Shown here: piece after piece, positions 1 through 14,299 of the stretch
Numbering within the stretch: position 1 is the stretch's first letter
Layout: every line of letters begins with the position of its first letter
The notes under the pieces: generated by a model
Database searches by the model: none
What the model was told of the DNA's origin: nothing
What the model saw: only the letters and a program-made list of their open reading frames with translations
Position numbers and translations under genes: made by a program
DNA from: Antedon mediterranea
Lineage: Eukaryota; Animalia; Echinodermata
NCBI RefSeq assembly: GCF_964355755.1
Contig: NC_092678.1
Coordinates: forward strand, 14,596,371-14,660,370
Direction of reading: 5' to 3'
Length of the DNA: 64,000 bases

Positions 1-329
1 CGTCACATGTGCATTACAACATTGACGTCATGAGTTTTCACTGTTGTTAACATACACGAGATAGGTACCTTTAACTTCAACTGCTTATTTGACCTGCATT
101 AGGCTTAATTTTGCCAACATATTTAGCTTGGTATTTAAAAAAAACTTCATTATCCAGATAAGCAAAATAAACAATAACAAAAATCAACGTTTTTATTGCT
201 TACGATTTATTTACAAAGTTTGTTTACTAGAAATTGTTTAGATTTGCCAGACTTGTCTATTTACCCGAAGGATAGCTAGAAACATGATGCTCTAGAATCA
301 TTGAACTATATCAAAGAACTAAAAAGAAC

Positions 330-1240
330 ATTTTTCACCAAATGGAAGATGGGTTTGTGTCGATAGAGTTCAGGAATGTTCCCAATGGTTCTGTTAATGC
401 TTTTAACTTTGAGAAGGTCGTGTACTTTTGACCCAATGGCGTACAGGGGGAAATTTTTATATACGTGTTTAATGGCTTTTACCTTCGAGAAGGTCATGTC
501 TTCGACCCATTGGCGTTCAGGGGATATTTTGTATAAGTGTTTAAGTAATGTACATTCTTTTTCCTTTTGCCTTCCCTTGGACGAACACGTCAATAAATTG
601 TTGTTGTTTAATGGCAAAAACCGACATCGAGGATGCGTTTCGTAACATTGCAATCCACCCTTGTGATTATCACCTTTTGAGTTTCTCGTGGAAAAATAAG
701 TACTACTACGATCGCTGTCTTCCGATGGGGGCCAGTCGTTCATGTAGCATTTTTTAATCGTTCAGTACAGCATTAGTTTGGCTAATGCTTACAAAATTTA
801 ATATCCCGGATATATCTCATATCCTGGACGATTTTTTCTTTGTCGGTCCTAAACATTCAAATCTTTGTCAAAATGCACTTACTACTTTTATCTCACTTTG
901 TAACACACTAGGGGTGCCCATTACAGATTCGAAGACTGTTTTACCAACTACAGTCATTGTGATATACGGCATAGAGGTGGATTCTGTTTCCATGGAATGT
1001 CGTTTACCTATGTCAAAAAATCACGAAGACAATCACTAAAATTAACCATTTTTTAGCCAGGAAGAAAGTTACGCTGCGCGACATACAGTCGATTTTTGGC
1101 CTGCTGAATTACGCCTGTAGCGTGGTGCTACCAGGTAGAGCCTTTTACGCCGTCTTATAAATATCCCATCCTTAGCGAAACATCCAAATCAGTTTATTCG
1201 CTTGTCGCGCGAGGTAAAAGACGATTTACATATTTGTTTA
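330..1240 (+). mobile_element. DIRS/Ngaro-type (tyrosine recombinase) retrotransposon RT fragment, degenerate
   Basis: KTDIEDAFRNIAIHP, YYYDRCLPMGASRSCSIF, HILDDFFF and GLLNYACSVV motifs across frameshifts and stops. Confidence 0.8.
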
Positions 1241-1447
1241 TGTACATTAATTCTACGATATGTTAGTTACAATTCTGTATAGACCTATAACTGTTATATT
1301 ATATTATCGGTTATTTTTTACAAGTATATTAACGGTGCGTTTATCTATATAACAATGGTGAATGCTTGTTAATTGTTAATACTATATATTCAATAGGGGC
1401 GCGTGCGGCGATATCCTTAATCTCGCGATTATTATTTTTTTTTATAG

Positions 1448-1558
1448 GAAGAAACCAATGCTCTACATGTCTTTCTAAGTGGCAAATATCTTCAACCTAC
1501 TTTAAAAATAGTGACTTATCTCATTAATCTTGGTGAATCTCCAACATTACAAAATAAG
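1448..1558 (+). CDS. Ankyrin-repeat exon A1 (EETNALHVFLSGKYLQPTLKIVTYLINLGESPTLQNK)
   Basis: Polypyrimidine+AG acceptor, 111 nt open, AAG|GTAATG donor, phase 0; ankyrin-like xALH...IVxYLIxxG pattern. Confidence 0.85.
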
Positions 1559-2454
1559 GTAATGTACATAAAAGTGTAATGTTCGTGACATGTGGACCTC
1601 GAACTCACCCCAAATCACCAGTAGTGGTGTTTTTAACTCTAAATATCAGTGTGGTTACGGTAAGAAACCAATACAGTTGGACACATTTAGCGTTCGTGGC
1701 AACGAGATCAAATCTCTAAATGGGAAATGAAAAAATATATTTTTTTTTTTATTATCAGCATCGTTTGTATAATTTTATTTTTATTCAATGTCTGACTTTT
1801 TATTTTTCATCAGTATAGGGGCAATATATTTGAATTAATAATATTTGTTATTATATGGTAGCCAAACACCAAAACTGGTTGTTGCCTAACGGTCATACAT
1901 CATCGTACAATCTAGAAGCTTTTAACCACCCGATTCCTACCTAATGTGAAACTGCTGTTCTAATTAAATTTGGTGCCATTATTATGCCAATTTTACGATT
2001 GTTATCATCTATTAAACAGTAGTTGTTTGGTTTTGCTGTAATGTGGTTGTCTCTCTAAATTGATCTGATATTTATTGATATAATGATGACATGTTTTATT
2101 TTTATAAATATCTCTAAAAATCTAGCTTTTCGACTTTTCATTTAGTAGTTTTATCATCATCCTCACCATCTCCCTTTTTAATACATCTCTTATCATCATT
2201 GATGATCATCTTTTAGACCATTTTCCGATTTTCTGTAACCAAATGGGTCAATATAAGATGCAATGCCTCGCGAGCTTACGTTTGTAAAAAACAGCTTTAC
2301 TCAAAGCCTGGTGTAGTTGTTCAGGAGTCGCTTATATTCGGGAAAGTTTGATTTTGCAATCTGGTCAGCAAATACAGTTCAACGTTACCGGTTCATTTCC
2401 ATATAAATGATCAAACTATCAAGTTTTCTACAATTTTCAGAGTTTCTTACTTTT

Positions 2455-2710
2455 TTTTTTGTTTAACCATATTTTATGAGGGTGATCCATCCAGCAATTG
2501 CTGATCATTAGGGACCCTCAGATGTTCACAAGACAAACATATAGGCCTACACAAGATGCTCTACATAAACAACGTCTTATTACAAGTCTTTGGGAGTGGA
2601 GTTGTAATTTTGTCCTTAGATCAAATGTTGACATCCTGACGGGTCTTGAACCCAGGACCCTTTTTAGTGGTAGCTAAGCATCATAACCACCAAGCCACAA
2701 CTCCACCAAT
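2455..2710 (-). mobile_element. tRNA-derived SINE
   Basis: Minus strand GTGGCTTGGTGGTTA (A box) ... GGGTTCAAGACCC (B box); same family as 19380-19540; absent from the paralogous intron near 41460. Confidence 0.65.
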
Positions 2711-2857
2711 CCTAATAATGGGTACTCATGTTTTCAGTTGTTACATTATATAACAGTAAAAAAAGTGTGAACTTAATCACTGTAGCGGAGCCGGTTGACC
2801 CAACCCCAAAGTTATTTACAATACTCATTATATTTGATATTTATGATTTCTTCACAG

Positions 2858-2962
2858 AATGGAGACACACCAATCGATATTTATCTGGAGCGTGCTGATG
2901 TTAAATTAGAGATATTGTTTTGTCTGATAACCAATGGTGTACACCCCACATTTAAAAAAGAG
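2858..2962 (+). CDS. Ankyrin-repeat exon B1 (NGDTPIDIYLERADVKLEILFCLITNGVHPTFKKE)
   Basis: TTCTTCACAG acceptor, 105 nt open, GAG|GTAATT donor, phase 0; GxTP...LEI..LI..G pattern. Confidence 0.85.
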
Positions 2963-3116
2963 GTAATTCGATAAAAAATGTTAATTGAAATATAGCATAC
3001 TGGTAATAGTACACGTATGCTTAATAATATTCTCTTGTTTGCTTTGTTTTTGTTCATCATATTATTATTACTTTCAAATGTAAGAAGGTAGTGTATTATG
3101 TTGTTTAATTATTATT

Positions 3117-5063
3117 CATCACCAGCCGTTGTCAGTCCACTGCCATAGTGAACGATCTCTAGCTGCTCCTTGCCACTGTACTGTATCTCAATATATATTT
3201 GTCTTCCTCTATTTCCGCTCCCATCCATGGGTCTCTATGATGTCATTAGCGAAGTCCATCTATTATCTGTCCAGCCCCCTTCTACTTACCTAATTTGATA
3301 GTTCTCATAATGTATTGAACTTGTGTTTCTTTTCTCACCCATTCATTTCGTTTTTATATGTGATTCCAAGCATATCTCTTTTCATGCTGTGCTGTGCTGC
3401 TGCTATTTTGGTTATCCGCGATTAGTGGATAGCCCGCTTGTTATTGTCAGGATCTTTTTTTTTTTCTACGTTCTTTTTTCTTTCCACGAACTTTGTCAAA
3501 AATTTCCCTGTAGCTGTAGATGTGCAAGAAACTTTGTTTTTTGATTTTCGAGTTGCGCAGCATAGGTTACGCGGGATTTTATGAGTTTCAATGATTGATC
3601 ATAGAATAAAAACCAAAAGTCATTTTGTATTGAAACTTTCTATGGATTAATAATGGTTTCACCGAGTTACGCGCGAACGCGCGTTTAAAATTTCAAAATG
3701 CGAAAAAAACTTCTAATCAACTTTCTACGCGTTTCATGTCATTTTGAGCATTTCAAACATTTCCGCACGCACGCAAATTTTTACGCACGCTTGCGCACGT
3801 AGCGCAAAAGAGCATTTTTATGTGTTATATTTGTTTTTCCAGCTTTTTCTAGTAATTTTACCAGTTTTTAATCAATTTCGACTTAAAATCATGTCATACG
3901 AGCACGTAGAATTGGAAAATTTGCGCGCGTTTTTATGAAAAAATATAAAATTTCGTCTAAATTTTACCTTTTTTTAAACTGTTATAGATTCTTTTAAAAT
4001 TACAGATTCTGGAAGTAGATGAGTTGTAGATATCGAATCATGCATGAATATGGCTAACCGGACATTGTGACGTCATTTTATGGCCACTCGAATATAAAAT
4101 ATAACATTTGTGTTTCTTTAGTCATAGCGTGGCTTTTGCGCTGCGGAAAACCTAACTCGTCCGTAGTAACGAGTTCAAATCTAGTTTTTTCAGTTTTATT
4201 TGGCAGTACCCAGGTCACAGCTCTAAATGTCGTGGTTTGTAACACGCATTGATTACAGACATTTTATTTTAAGCTTAACGGTATTTCTCTTCACGTGATG
4301 TTGCTCAGTTTTCCATATTGGCACCAGCCCAATCTGATTCTCTTCTTTTATCTCCTGTTCTTGATTCTTTTCTTTCATGCTAAATCTCTGCCCCATATAG
4401 ATAGATATATTCATTAACGTCATCAATGTTATTGCCATTAACAGTCACAAATCCATGAGGTACCATGGAAATTACCATAACTTTTGTTTTCTTCATATTT
4501 ATTTTCAATCCCCAACATTTGCTGGCATTTGCAATTTCTTTAAGCATATCCTCCGTTCACTGATTTGCTCTCCCAGGACAACAATGTCGTCTGCAAACCT
4601 CAGATGATTTTTTTTCCTTTGATATCCACTCCTTTATCCTCCCACTCCAGTGAGCGAAATATGCCTTCCAAACAAGTATAAACAGTTTAGGAAAAATTGT
4701 ATCACCTTGTCGGACACCCTTCTTTGTGTGGACTTTTCTCGCTTGGTTTTTGCATCGTAACTGTGGTAGTGCAGTTAGTGTAGATGTACTTGAGTAGGTT
4801 AATGTACTTATGATGAATTCCCTGATCTTGAAGAACTTTTAGAACTGACTGTGTCTCTACCGAATCAAATGCATTTTCATAGTCTATAAAGGCCATACAA
4901 AGTGGTTTGTTGTATTATTGGCATTTTTTTTAGCGGGTTCAGTGTATGAATATGATCCATGCTATAAAAACCACTCCTAAATCCTGCTTGTTCTCTGAGT
5001 TAATGGCTATCAAGTGAATTTTCCATTCGATATGTCAGGATTCTTGAAAACACTTTATATATG
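3117..5063 (-). mobile_element. RTE-clade LINE, 5'-truncated and degenerate
   Basis: AFIDYENAFDSVE and LRFADDIV motifs; TSD TTAATTATTATT at 3105-3116 and 5064-5075; empty site in the paralogous B3 intron (~41935-41950). Confidence 0.85.
3406..4184 (+). mobile_element. Non-autonomous Helitron/Helentron-like element nested in the RTE
   Basis: 5' hairpin GGTTATCCGC..GTGGATAGCC; 3' hairpin AACTCGT..ACGAGTT followed by CTAG and a T-run; related fragment inverted at ~29520-29995. Confidence 0.55.
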
Positions 5064-5212
5064 TTAATTATTATTAACATCATGCAACTGCTCTTGGTAT
5101 AACTAACACATTTTAGCTCCTTTCGATTAATTTAATTTCGTTAATCCATGTTGTAAAATCCATCGAAGATAAACATTTATTAAAAAAATATAACATTTTA
5201 TTTATTTTTTAG

Positions 5213-5323
5213 AATGGAAGCAATGCTCTACATATACATCTAAGTGGTAGATATGTTAAACCTACATTGAAAATAGTGACCTATCTCATTAACCTTGGTG
5301 AATCTCCAACATTACAAAATAAG
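5213..5323 (+). CDS. Ankyrin-repeat exon A2 (NGSNALHIHLSGRYVKPTLKIVTYLINLGESPTLQNK)
   Basis: TTTTTTAG acceptor, 111 nt open, AAG|GTAATG donor. Confidence 0.85.
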
Positions 5324-5405
5324 GTAATGTACATGAGAGTGATGTAACCTTGTGTAATGTTTGGGTGGAACTCAAACACACCCAAGATCACTAGTGTGGT
5401 GTTCA

Positions 5406-5468
<63 letters not shown>

Positions 5469-6060
5469 AGATCAAAGTGGTTACGATAAGCAAATACAGT
5501 TGTACACCTCTGGCCGATATAAAATCTCTAAAATAGGAAACAAAAATAAATTACAATAAAAAGAATAAATAAATAATTTAAAAATAAATTATACGATCAA
5601 AATTCCAAACCCACAAAACAGTTTTCAGCTTCCAAATATGACTGCGTCTCGGCCCCGGGAGGGTAATGGTGTATGTTTAGGATCATCATTATTGTGAGGC
5701 AAAGAGAGTTTTGAGAGATCTATAGAATAATGTTACTGAAGTGCCACTGGTCATTAACAAGCACATATCTAGATAATTATATTGATACACATACTTTGAT
5801 ATACACGTTCTGCCATTCCTTATAATTAAATTCTCATAAAAGAACAAATATTTAGTTTTTATGTATTTTAAGTGTATTGTAAACATAATATTATGTCTCA
5901 TATTTAATATTATGTATCTTAATTGTTTTTTAAACATGTATGTAATAATCATGTTGTTTCAACGACACAAAAACACAAAAAAACCCTTCATGGTTTCAGT
6001 TGTATTGAACAGTATAATTTATAAAACTAATTATATTTGATATTTATGATTTCTTGACAG

Positions 6061-6165
6061 AATGGAGAAACACCGATAGATATTTATCTAAACCGTGATG
6101 AGGTTAAATTAGAGATATTGTTCTGTCTGATAACCAATGGTGTATCCTCCACATTAACAAAAGAA
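6061..6165 (+). CDS. Ankyrin-repeat exon B2 (NGETPIDIYLNRDEVKLEILFCLITNGVSSTLTKE)
   Basis: TTCTTGACAG acceptor, 105 nt open, GAA|GTAATT donor. Confidence 0.83.
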
Positions 6166-8409
6166 GTAATTTTACATTTAACTTTATAACAAAAAATTAC
6201 ATTGAATATCATACTGGTAATAGTACACAATGCTTAATAATATTCTTTGTTTTGCTTCATTATTATCATTTTATTATTATCACCCTCAAATGTAAGACGA
6301 TATACTGTATGTTGTTCAATTATTATTAAAGAACAACTTGTCCGAGGACCATATTTTAACAACGTCTTAAGGATGTACATATGATTCCGGAGGCGTCACG
6401 ATATTAAAGATATTGCCGCACGTGCTCATCGTACAGCCGTAGCCATAATTTGCTGCGACGTCACAGGTGCATCGCAAAATTTACGTCATGCATTTTCACT
6501 GTTGTTAACATACAAGAGATAGGTACCGTCACTGTAATTGCTTATTTGAACTGCATTAGGCTTAAATTTTCCAACATGTTTAGCTTGGTATTTTGAAAAA
6601 AAAACACCTCATTATCCAGATAAGCAAAAGAAACAATAACAAAAATCAACGTTTGTATTTTTGACGTTTTTTTTACAAAATGTGTTTACTAGTAGAACTT
6701 TTCGAGATTTGCCAGACTTGTATATTGACCCGAACTATATCGAAGAACTAAAAAACTGTTTTAATACGATCGCGGTGATTTTTCGTGAATAAATGACTTT
6801 ATAGTAATCCATCGGCCTAACAGTTGTACTCAAAGACGATGGTGAGTAAATTATAAAAGGTCATGAATTTAGGCGTTCATAAACGGCGGTCATAATTATC
6901 AGACCGACTCGATACCTAACTAGTAGTTTACCTAGCCTAGGCCTAAGAGGATAGGCATATGCACTCTAATAATAATAGGCATATGAATAGGCTGCTAAAT
7001 CACCACCACATACCGACACGACCCACCGCGTGTCACACCACATAGGAATGTTTTGAGTGCAATATGGTTGAGTCATGTCCTAGATAATGTCATCACATAC
7101 GTCTTACTTCTAGCTACGCTGCGTGCTTAGGCTTCAGCTCATACAAAATACAGCTGCACGAGTTGTAGGCTAACTAACTTGCCCAAATTTTCGCATATTA
7201 CAGGCACCTTAAACAAGTTACATTGGCTACCTATTAAACTTAATTGTTTTTAAAATATTGTTAATTGTTTTCAAAGTTATTATTGGAATTGCTCTAGAAT
7301 ATGTTACTGACATTTCTTAGATTTAGTATTTGTTTCTAATCCACTACTGATTGAAAAATGTCGTACAATTTATAATTTTGAATCATGTGATCATGAAGCA
7401 GTTGAGATCTCTGTTAAAGTGTCATATAAACGTGCTAAGGACATAACTAAAATTGTATATGCTCTTAAAAAGGCTGATTTTTCAAAAATGCAGACTATAT
7501 TAGATAATTTTAATTGGGAGAATTGTTTTCAATATAATAATATTAGTGATATATGGGAAAGTATTTCTAGTAATATCAATTTTGCAATTTCAAAATCTGT
7601 ACCAACTAGGAAATGTAAAAAAATCGAAATCTTTTCCCTGGATAACTCCAGAAATCAAAAAGCTTTGCACAAAGAAAAGAAAGTTGTACAAAATTGCTAA
7701 ACAAGTAGGAACTGAAGAAAGCATAAATACATTCAAATCTTGTAGCAGGGAATTAAAAAAGTCAATATATTGTAGCCATCGGGATTATGTTGTAAATATT
7801 TCAAACAAAGCTACAACTGATATAAAACAATTCTGGGCGTATATAAGGTCTATAAAAAATGACTCAGATGTTATTAGCTTTAAGATAAATAACACAATGG
7901 TATCTGATGCTAAGGTGTTGGCTAATCTTTTCAATACACAATTTGTAAACAACTTTTGCATAGATAATGATCAGCATTGTGATTTGGATACAATAGATTG
8001 TCTTACCAACTTTGAATGTGAACCCTTTGTGATGCCTGAGGTATTTTATGCCCTCTCACAGTTAAATGTATCCAAATCACCAGGACCAGATTGTTTGCTT
8101 CCAATATTCTTAAAGTCATGTAAGGCACAATTGGCTAATGTTTTATGTACATTCTTTAATTTTACTGTACAAAAAGGTATTTTACCAAAACAATGGAAGG
8201 ATGCAAATGTTGTACCTATTTTCAAAAGAAATGGAAAACCCAAGGACGAAATGAAAAGCTATCGTCCAGTAACTCCCATAATTTGTAAGATTATTGAGAA
8301 ATTGCTTTGTTATCGCTTAAGGGAATATCTAGAATATAATAATATCCTTTCAGAAAATCAGTTTGGGTTTAGACAGATGTATAGTACTGAACTTTTACTT
8401 TCAAAGGTT

Positions 8410-10357
8410 TTTCTCGCAACATCCCTGCTCGTTTTCTAAAAGATGGAGCAACTTTCTTAAAAGGTCCCCTAACCCATATAATAAACCTTTCCCTTAAAAC
8501 TGAAATTGTACCAGACCAATTTAAAATAGCAAAAGTAAAGCCGATATTTAAAAAAAGGCGATCGTACTGACACAAATAACTACCGCCCTGTTAGCCTATT
8601 AAGTTGTACCTCTAAGATTCTAGAAAAGGCTGTGTATGTCCAGCTAGCCAGACACCTGGAAGATAATGATGTGATAACAGATTCTCAGTCTGGTTTCAGA
8701 GAAGGGTTTTCCACTGAAACCTGTCTTACTCATTTATTGGATCATGTGAAATCAAAAATGGCCAATGGGTTTCTTACAGGTATGGTTTTGCTGGACATTC
8801 GAAAGGCCTTCGATTCGGTCGATCACTTCATTCTTTGTGATAAACTCAGAAGAATCGGATGCGATTCAACTAAATGGTTCCGCTCTTACTTGTCTAATAG
8901 GAAACAATTTGTTGAAATTAAGGGAGGTAAATCAAAAAATATGGCTATTGCACATGGCGTCCCCCAAGGGAGCATATTGGGACCTTTGCTGTTCCTAGTG
9001 TACATAAATGATGTTGTTTCATCAGCTAAATCAAAATGTAAAGTGCTACTATATGCAGATGACTGTGCCATCTTGTATTCAGACCGAAACCCTAATACTA
9101 TTTCGGCTGTACTTAGTGCTTCGTTAAATCTTTGTAATGATTGGCTTATTGATAATCGACTTACAATTCATCCAGGTAAAACTGAATGCATTCTGTTGGG
9201 AACGAAACGTCGATTAAAAAATGTCTCATTCCAACTCAATGCCCTTGAATGTGATATCAAATCAACAGAGTCGGTAAGGTATTTAGGTGTCCAGAATGAC
9301 CAACAGGATTCTGGGAATCTGATTGCCAATTCAGTAATAACTAGCGCAAATAGCCGTTTAAAATGTATGTACAGACAATCCAAATATCTTGATTTTGGTA
9401 GTAGGAAACTTCTCTCTTCAGCTCTAATTCAGCCTCTTTTTGACTATGCTTCCCCAGCATGGTATAATGACTCTTCTCAGGTTCACAAACTCAGGCTTCA
9501 GACTACTCAAAACAAAATATTCAGATTTATTACTCAATCAGATTCGAGATCTCATGTTGGTCAATCTGAGCTGAAATCAATCGGATATCTGAACGTCCCA
9601 GAAAGAGTTAAGTTCAAATGTTTATGCAATGTATATAAAATTTTTAATAATTCTGCCCCAATGTATCTAAATAGTAACTTTGTTCGTATTGTTGATTACC
9701 ACTCTAGAAGGACACGTAGTGCCACAAATTTAAATTTTAGGATTCCAATAATTAAGGGCTGCGAACAAAAAACTTTTTATTACAACTCAATAAAAGCCTG
9801 GAACGCTATACCATTATATGTTAAAAGTAATATTTCATTAGAAAATTTTAAATTGTCACTAAAAAAGCATCTCCTCAATATTTAATTCTCATGTGCAATA
9901 AATTATAAAAAGGTTTTAGCATAATGCAGTAAATCAATAATTTTCTGTAATCTGTAAATTAAGAATAAATAATATAAATATAATAAGGGTAAAAATCAAT
10001 TGTAATTTTGTTACTTTAGTGCAATAAATCAATTTTTGTATATATCTCTTATTATAAATCTTTCTTAAAACTGTAACTTAGGATTACATTTTTGATAAGT
10101 GTTAGATAAACTGTTATTTTTAAACTTTTGTATTTTTATGCTATTTTTTAAGGATTCTTTTGATGTAATTTGTATGTTCTTTATCAGTTCCTTGTTTTTA
10201 GGACCCAAGTGGAAATAAGTTTTTAACTTTTCTTGGCACTCCTTGTAATCAAGGCCTGTGTTTCTGTGCAATTGTTTTTTCTACTTTTTTTGCATTGTTT
10301 TTATTGTTTTTTAACCTTGATTACTAAATAAAGAAATTCAAAAATTCAAAAATTCAT
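8410..10357 (+). mobile_element. CR1/L2-group LINE, 5'-truncated, RT ORF 8632..9885
   Basis: LDIRKAFDSVDH, GVPQGSILGPLLF and YADD motifs; 3' UTR ending in (AAAAATTC)n/ATTC repeats; inserted inside another LINE. Confidence 0.9.
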
Positions 10358-11521
10358 TCATGGGCACAGAGCTTAGAACTTAAAGGTTGTAAAAATATTG
10401 ATATTATTTTTCTTGATTTTTCGTCTGCATTTGATAAGGTGTCTCATAAAAGATTAATTAAGAAATTTAATAACTGTGGCATTGGTGGAGACACTAATGC
10501 ATGGATTACAGATTTTCTTTCAAATAGACGCCAAAGGGTTATTTACAGAGGAGAAAAGTCAGAGTGGGTAAATGTTACTTCAGGGGTACCACAAGGGTCA
10601 GTTTTGGGCCCTCTTTTATTTTTGATTTATGTAAGTGATATTGTAAATAATATTTCTTCTTCACTTTTTCAATTTGCTGATGATCACACATTATCACGTC
10701 CTATTTATAACAATAATGATTGTAAATTGCTTCAAAAGGATTTAGATTTAATTGCTAAATGGGCAAATGTAAACAAACTCCCCTTAAATCCTGTCAAATG
10801 CGCCGTAATGCATGTTACAAGATGTAAAGAGATAGTTAACTGGGATTATACCATAGAATCAGACAATATTCCTAAAGTTACAGAATTCAAATTTCTAGGT
10901 GTTTATGTAAATAGTTCGTTGTCTTGTCATACACAAGTTAATTATATATGTTGTAAAGCAAGCAGATTGCTTGGTTTCATTTCAAAATGTAGTAAAAATA
11001 TGTCCTGGTTAGCTATGTTGAACTTATACAAAGCTCTATTACTTCCAGTGGTTACCTACTGTTGTTCAATGTGGGCACCATTTGAGAAATCAAATATTAA
11101 TAGAATAGAAATTATACAAAGGAAAGCAACAAGGATAATACTGTTGTTCAATGTGGGCACCATTTGAGAAATCAAATATTAATAGAATAGAAATTATACA
11201 AAGGAAAGCAACAAGGATAATAATGTTTAGAAAGGAAAGTTCCTTGGACACATCTTATTTTCATAGGTTGAAAGTGCTTGAATTATTATCTATTGATGAC
11301 TTGTTTAAATTACATAGACTTTCATTAGGATTTAAGGTGTTGAAAGGTTACTGTCCCCATTCTTTCAATGAGTATATTAAAACTAGTGAAAGATGTCCGG
11401 GTAGGCTTTTACGTTGGAATTCGAAAGGCAATACTTTTCATAATTCTGTATTTGTTTCCTTTCCTAGACTATGGGAGCAAATACCAAATGACATAAAAGA
11501 TTCACAAACAATTTCAATATT

Positions 11522-13640
11522 AGTGGTTGAAGTAATGGCATCTAGAATAAGAAACAAAGATGACTATAAGGGTATTAAACTTCCAAATAATGAAAACAAC
11601 ATAGAAGCTAGAATAAGCCAATTAGCCGATGATACTGTTTTGTATGTTGGTAATGACAAAAGTATTAAGTCAGCAGTCAGTGTAATTGAACGTTTTTGTG
11701 AAGTATCTGGAATGACACTAAATAAAAAAAACCAATGCTTTTTGGATTGGTAAATGGAAGAACAGAATAGATAGACCTTTAGAATTAAATTGGGTAAAAC
11801 ACCCAATCAAAATTTTAGGCATATATGTAGGGTATAATACAGAAGAATGTACCAGAAAAAACTGGGATGTTAAATTAATAGAGCTAGAAAAGACTTTAAA
11901 ACAATGGAATGCTAGAAATCTCTCAATTTTTGGTAGAATAATAATCCTGAAAAGTCTTGCACTATCTAAATTAACATATGCTGCAAATATCACTGATGTT
12001 CCAAAATATGTATATACACAAGTTACAAATCTAATATATAATTTTATTTGGAACAATAAAAGGGAAAAGATAAAAAGAAAAACTCTAATTGGGGTGATGT
12101 TGAGATGGGAGGCATTAAAATGCCTGATTTTACTCTTCATGTTAACGCACTCATGTGTGGCTGGCTAAAAAGAATTATGAATGATGATGGTGCTAAATGG
12201 AAAAAATATTCCAATGTATTATATTCAAAAAATATGTGATGTTAATGTTTTACTTAATATGTCATGTTATAACATTATTGATGTTAATTCTGATAAAATT
12301 CCACTGTTTTACAAAAATATGATAAAAGCCTACATAAATTATAACAGAATCTCTAAAAAAAAACCTGAAACTTATAACGATATAACGAATGAGCAACTGT
12401 GGCGAAACCACTACGTTAAACTAAAAAAAAAATCGCTTTTCTACAAGCATTGGATTGACAGTGGCATTATCAGTATTAAAGACATTGTTAATAAGAACAC
12501 TTTTTTAAAATCAAACGAAATACTGGTGAAACTACAATGTAAAACAAACTGGTTAAATGAGTATTTGTGCATTATTAAGGCAATACCAATTCTATGGAAA
12601 CGTATTATTAAGGAGGTAGGTATTTTCAATTGTGATGATAATGATGAATTAGTTGGGACCAAGTATGAGATTAATACTACCAAACTAATATACTCATGGT
12701 TTGTGAAAGAATATTTCATTATTCCAATGTCACAACTAAAATGGGAAGAGTACTTCAATGATAACAACATTGATTGGAAAACTACTTGGTTACGGAAAGT
12801 ATGTAAAATGAAAGATAAAAAGCTAGCACAATTCAATTATAAGATGTTACATAGAATACTGCCTACCAACAAACGGCTGTATCAGTGGAAAGTTAAGGAA
12901 ACACAAACGTGTGACAAATGTGGAGAAATTGAAAATGAAAATCATTTGTTTTTTAGTTGTAGATTTATTCAGAAATATTGGAGGAAAATGCTTAGTATCT
13001 TTGTAAGTTTAAATCACAATAATATATCATTTAAACAATTAATACTAGGAACGGGAGATAAGCTAATAGATTATATTTACACTTTTGCAGCATTTACTAT
13101 TTATAGAATAAAAATGTTATCTGCACTAAATAAGCCAGTGGGTAAACTTTATGGAATTCATTTAAAAGCAATATGTTATATAATATTGAATGTGAAACAT
13201 ATAACAATAAAGAAACAAGTATAGAAAAATGGGTAGCTTTAAGAAATAAGATTATGATAATATAATTTCTAATTTGGTACGATCAACCGAAAAAGAATTA
13301 CAGTGATACGGGTTACTGGTGGTACTGAGCTATTATTGTTTTTTTTTTTATCATGTATATAAATATATTGTATAATCCGGGTTGTAAAATGAAAACAAAC
13401 AAATGAAAATGTGTGAACTATTTTAAAACGGGATAGATGATAATGATGATCCTGTCAAGTGTATAACAAAATATAAGAAAATTAATGAAAAAAGGAGTAA
13501 TACAGAATTCATATATGTAAAAATGTTACTTTTGAATTGTAACGACATTTACAAGTTAAATAAATACGATTTTATGTAATATGAGATAATATGAATGTGA
13601 ATAAAAGTGGTGTTTGCGCCACAAAAGAGAAAAAAAAAAA
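11522..13640 (+). mobile_element. Tx1/L1-clade LINE, 5'-truncated
   Basis: ISQLADDT, LGIYVG, GRIIILKSL and zf-RVT-like CDKC..E...HLFFSC; poly-A tail; TSD AAACAATTTCAATATT at 11506-11521 and 13639-13654. Confidence 0.9.
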
Positions 13641-14299
13641 ACAATTTCAATATTTAAGACTGCTCTAACAAAACACTATATGTCATGTTATGTATAATTT
13701 ATTTGTATTTTTCTTGTATATGGTTTTATCTTTAACTGATTGTATTGTATGGAGTGAGTGCAGAATCTGTTTTGGCTTTAGCCTATTCTCATTCCTGGTT
13801 ATTTTTACATTGATGACCGAATAAATATTATTATTATTTTTATATGCTGGGCTTATACTCTCCTAAAAATGTATTTTATGATCCAATAATAAGTTGCTTT
13901 TATTTCAACCGAAATCTCACCACTCGTTTGGAGATCGTGCTTTTTCTATTAATGCTCCGCGTCTGTGGAATGATATTTCTGAATGGATTAGGCATTGCCA
14001 TACAATTAATTCTTTATTAATTTATTAATTTAATCATGAAAATCATTTTTGATGAGGCATATGGTATTAATGAAGTATAAACAAACATTGTTGTGATTAG
14101 CGCCTTGATCACTTTTAGTGGATATGTGCGCTATATACATTTTTATATTATTATTATTATTAAAAAATATAAATGTTGAATTTTTTTCTTGTTTGGATAT
14201 TGAAGTGTTTCTTCAAAACACCAGACTAAATATTTTGGCAAATTTAAACCTAATACAGGTCAAATTAGCAATTAAATTGACAGTATCTCTTGTATGTTA

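Larger units (their letters stand above)
7315..13840 (+). mobile_element. CR1-group LINE ORF2, split into 7315-8409, 10358-11521 and 13641-13840
   Basis: KSPGPD, WKDANVVPIFK, QFGFR / FLDFSSAFDKVSH, GVPQGSVLGPLLF, QFADD motifs; 82-bp tandem duplication 11059-11222 shifts the frame; AATAAA+(TAT)n tail. Confidence 0.9.
7090..14160 (+). mobile_element. L2-like LINE 3' fragment split in two (7090-7310 and ~13845-14160)
   Basis: LHWLPIK motif in the left part; APRLWN and GCGCC..GGATAT..GCGCTATA + (ATT)n tail in the right part. Confidence 0.6.

Noticed and set aside
306-743. Minus-strand 145-aa ORF and similar antisense ORFs over LINEs (e.g. 11718, 12441, 22222, 52074)
   Set aside because: Shadow frames of TE coding sequence with no independent motifs
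11151-11753. Apparent novel 200-aa protein
   Set aside because: Chance in-frame fusion of a CR1 C-terminus with the inserted Tx1 RT at the TSD (11521)
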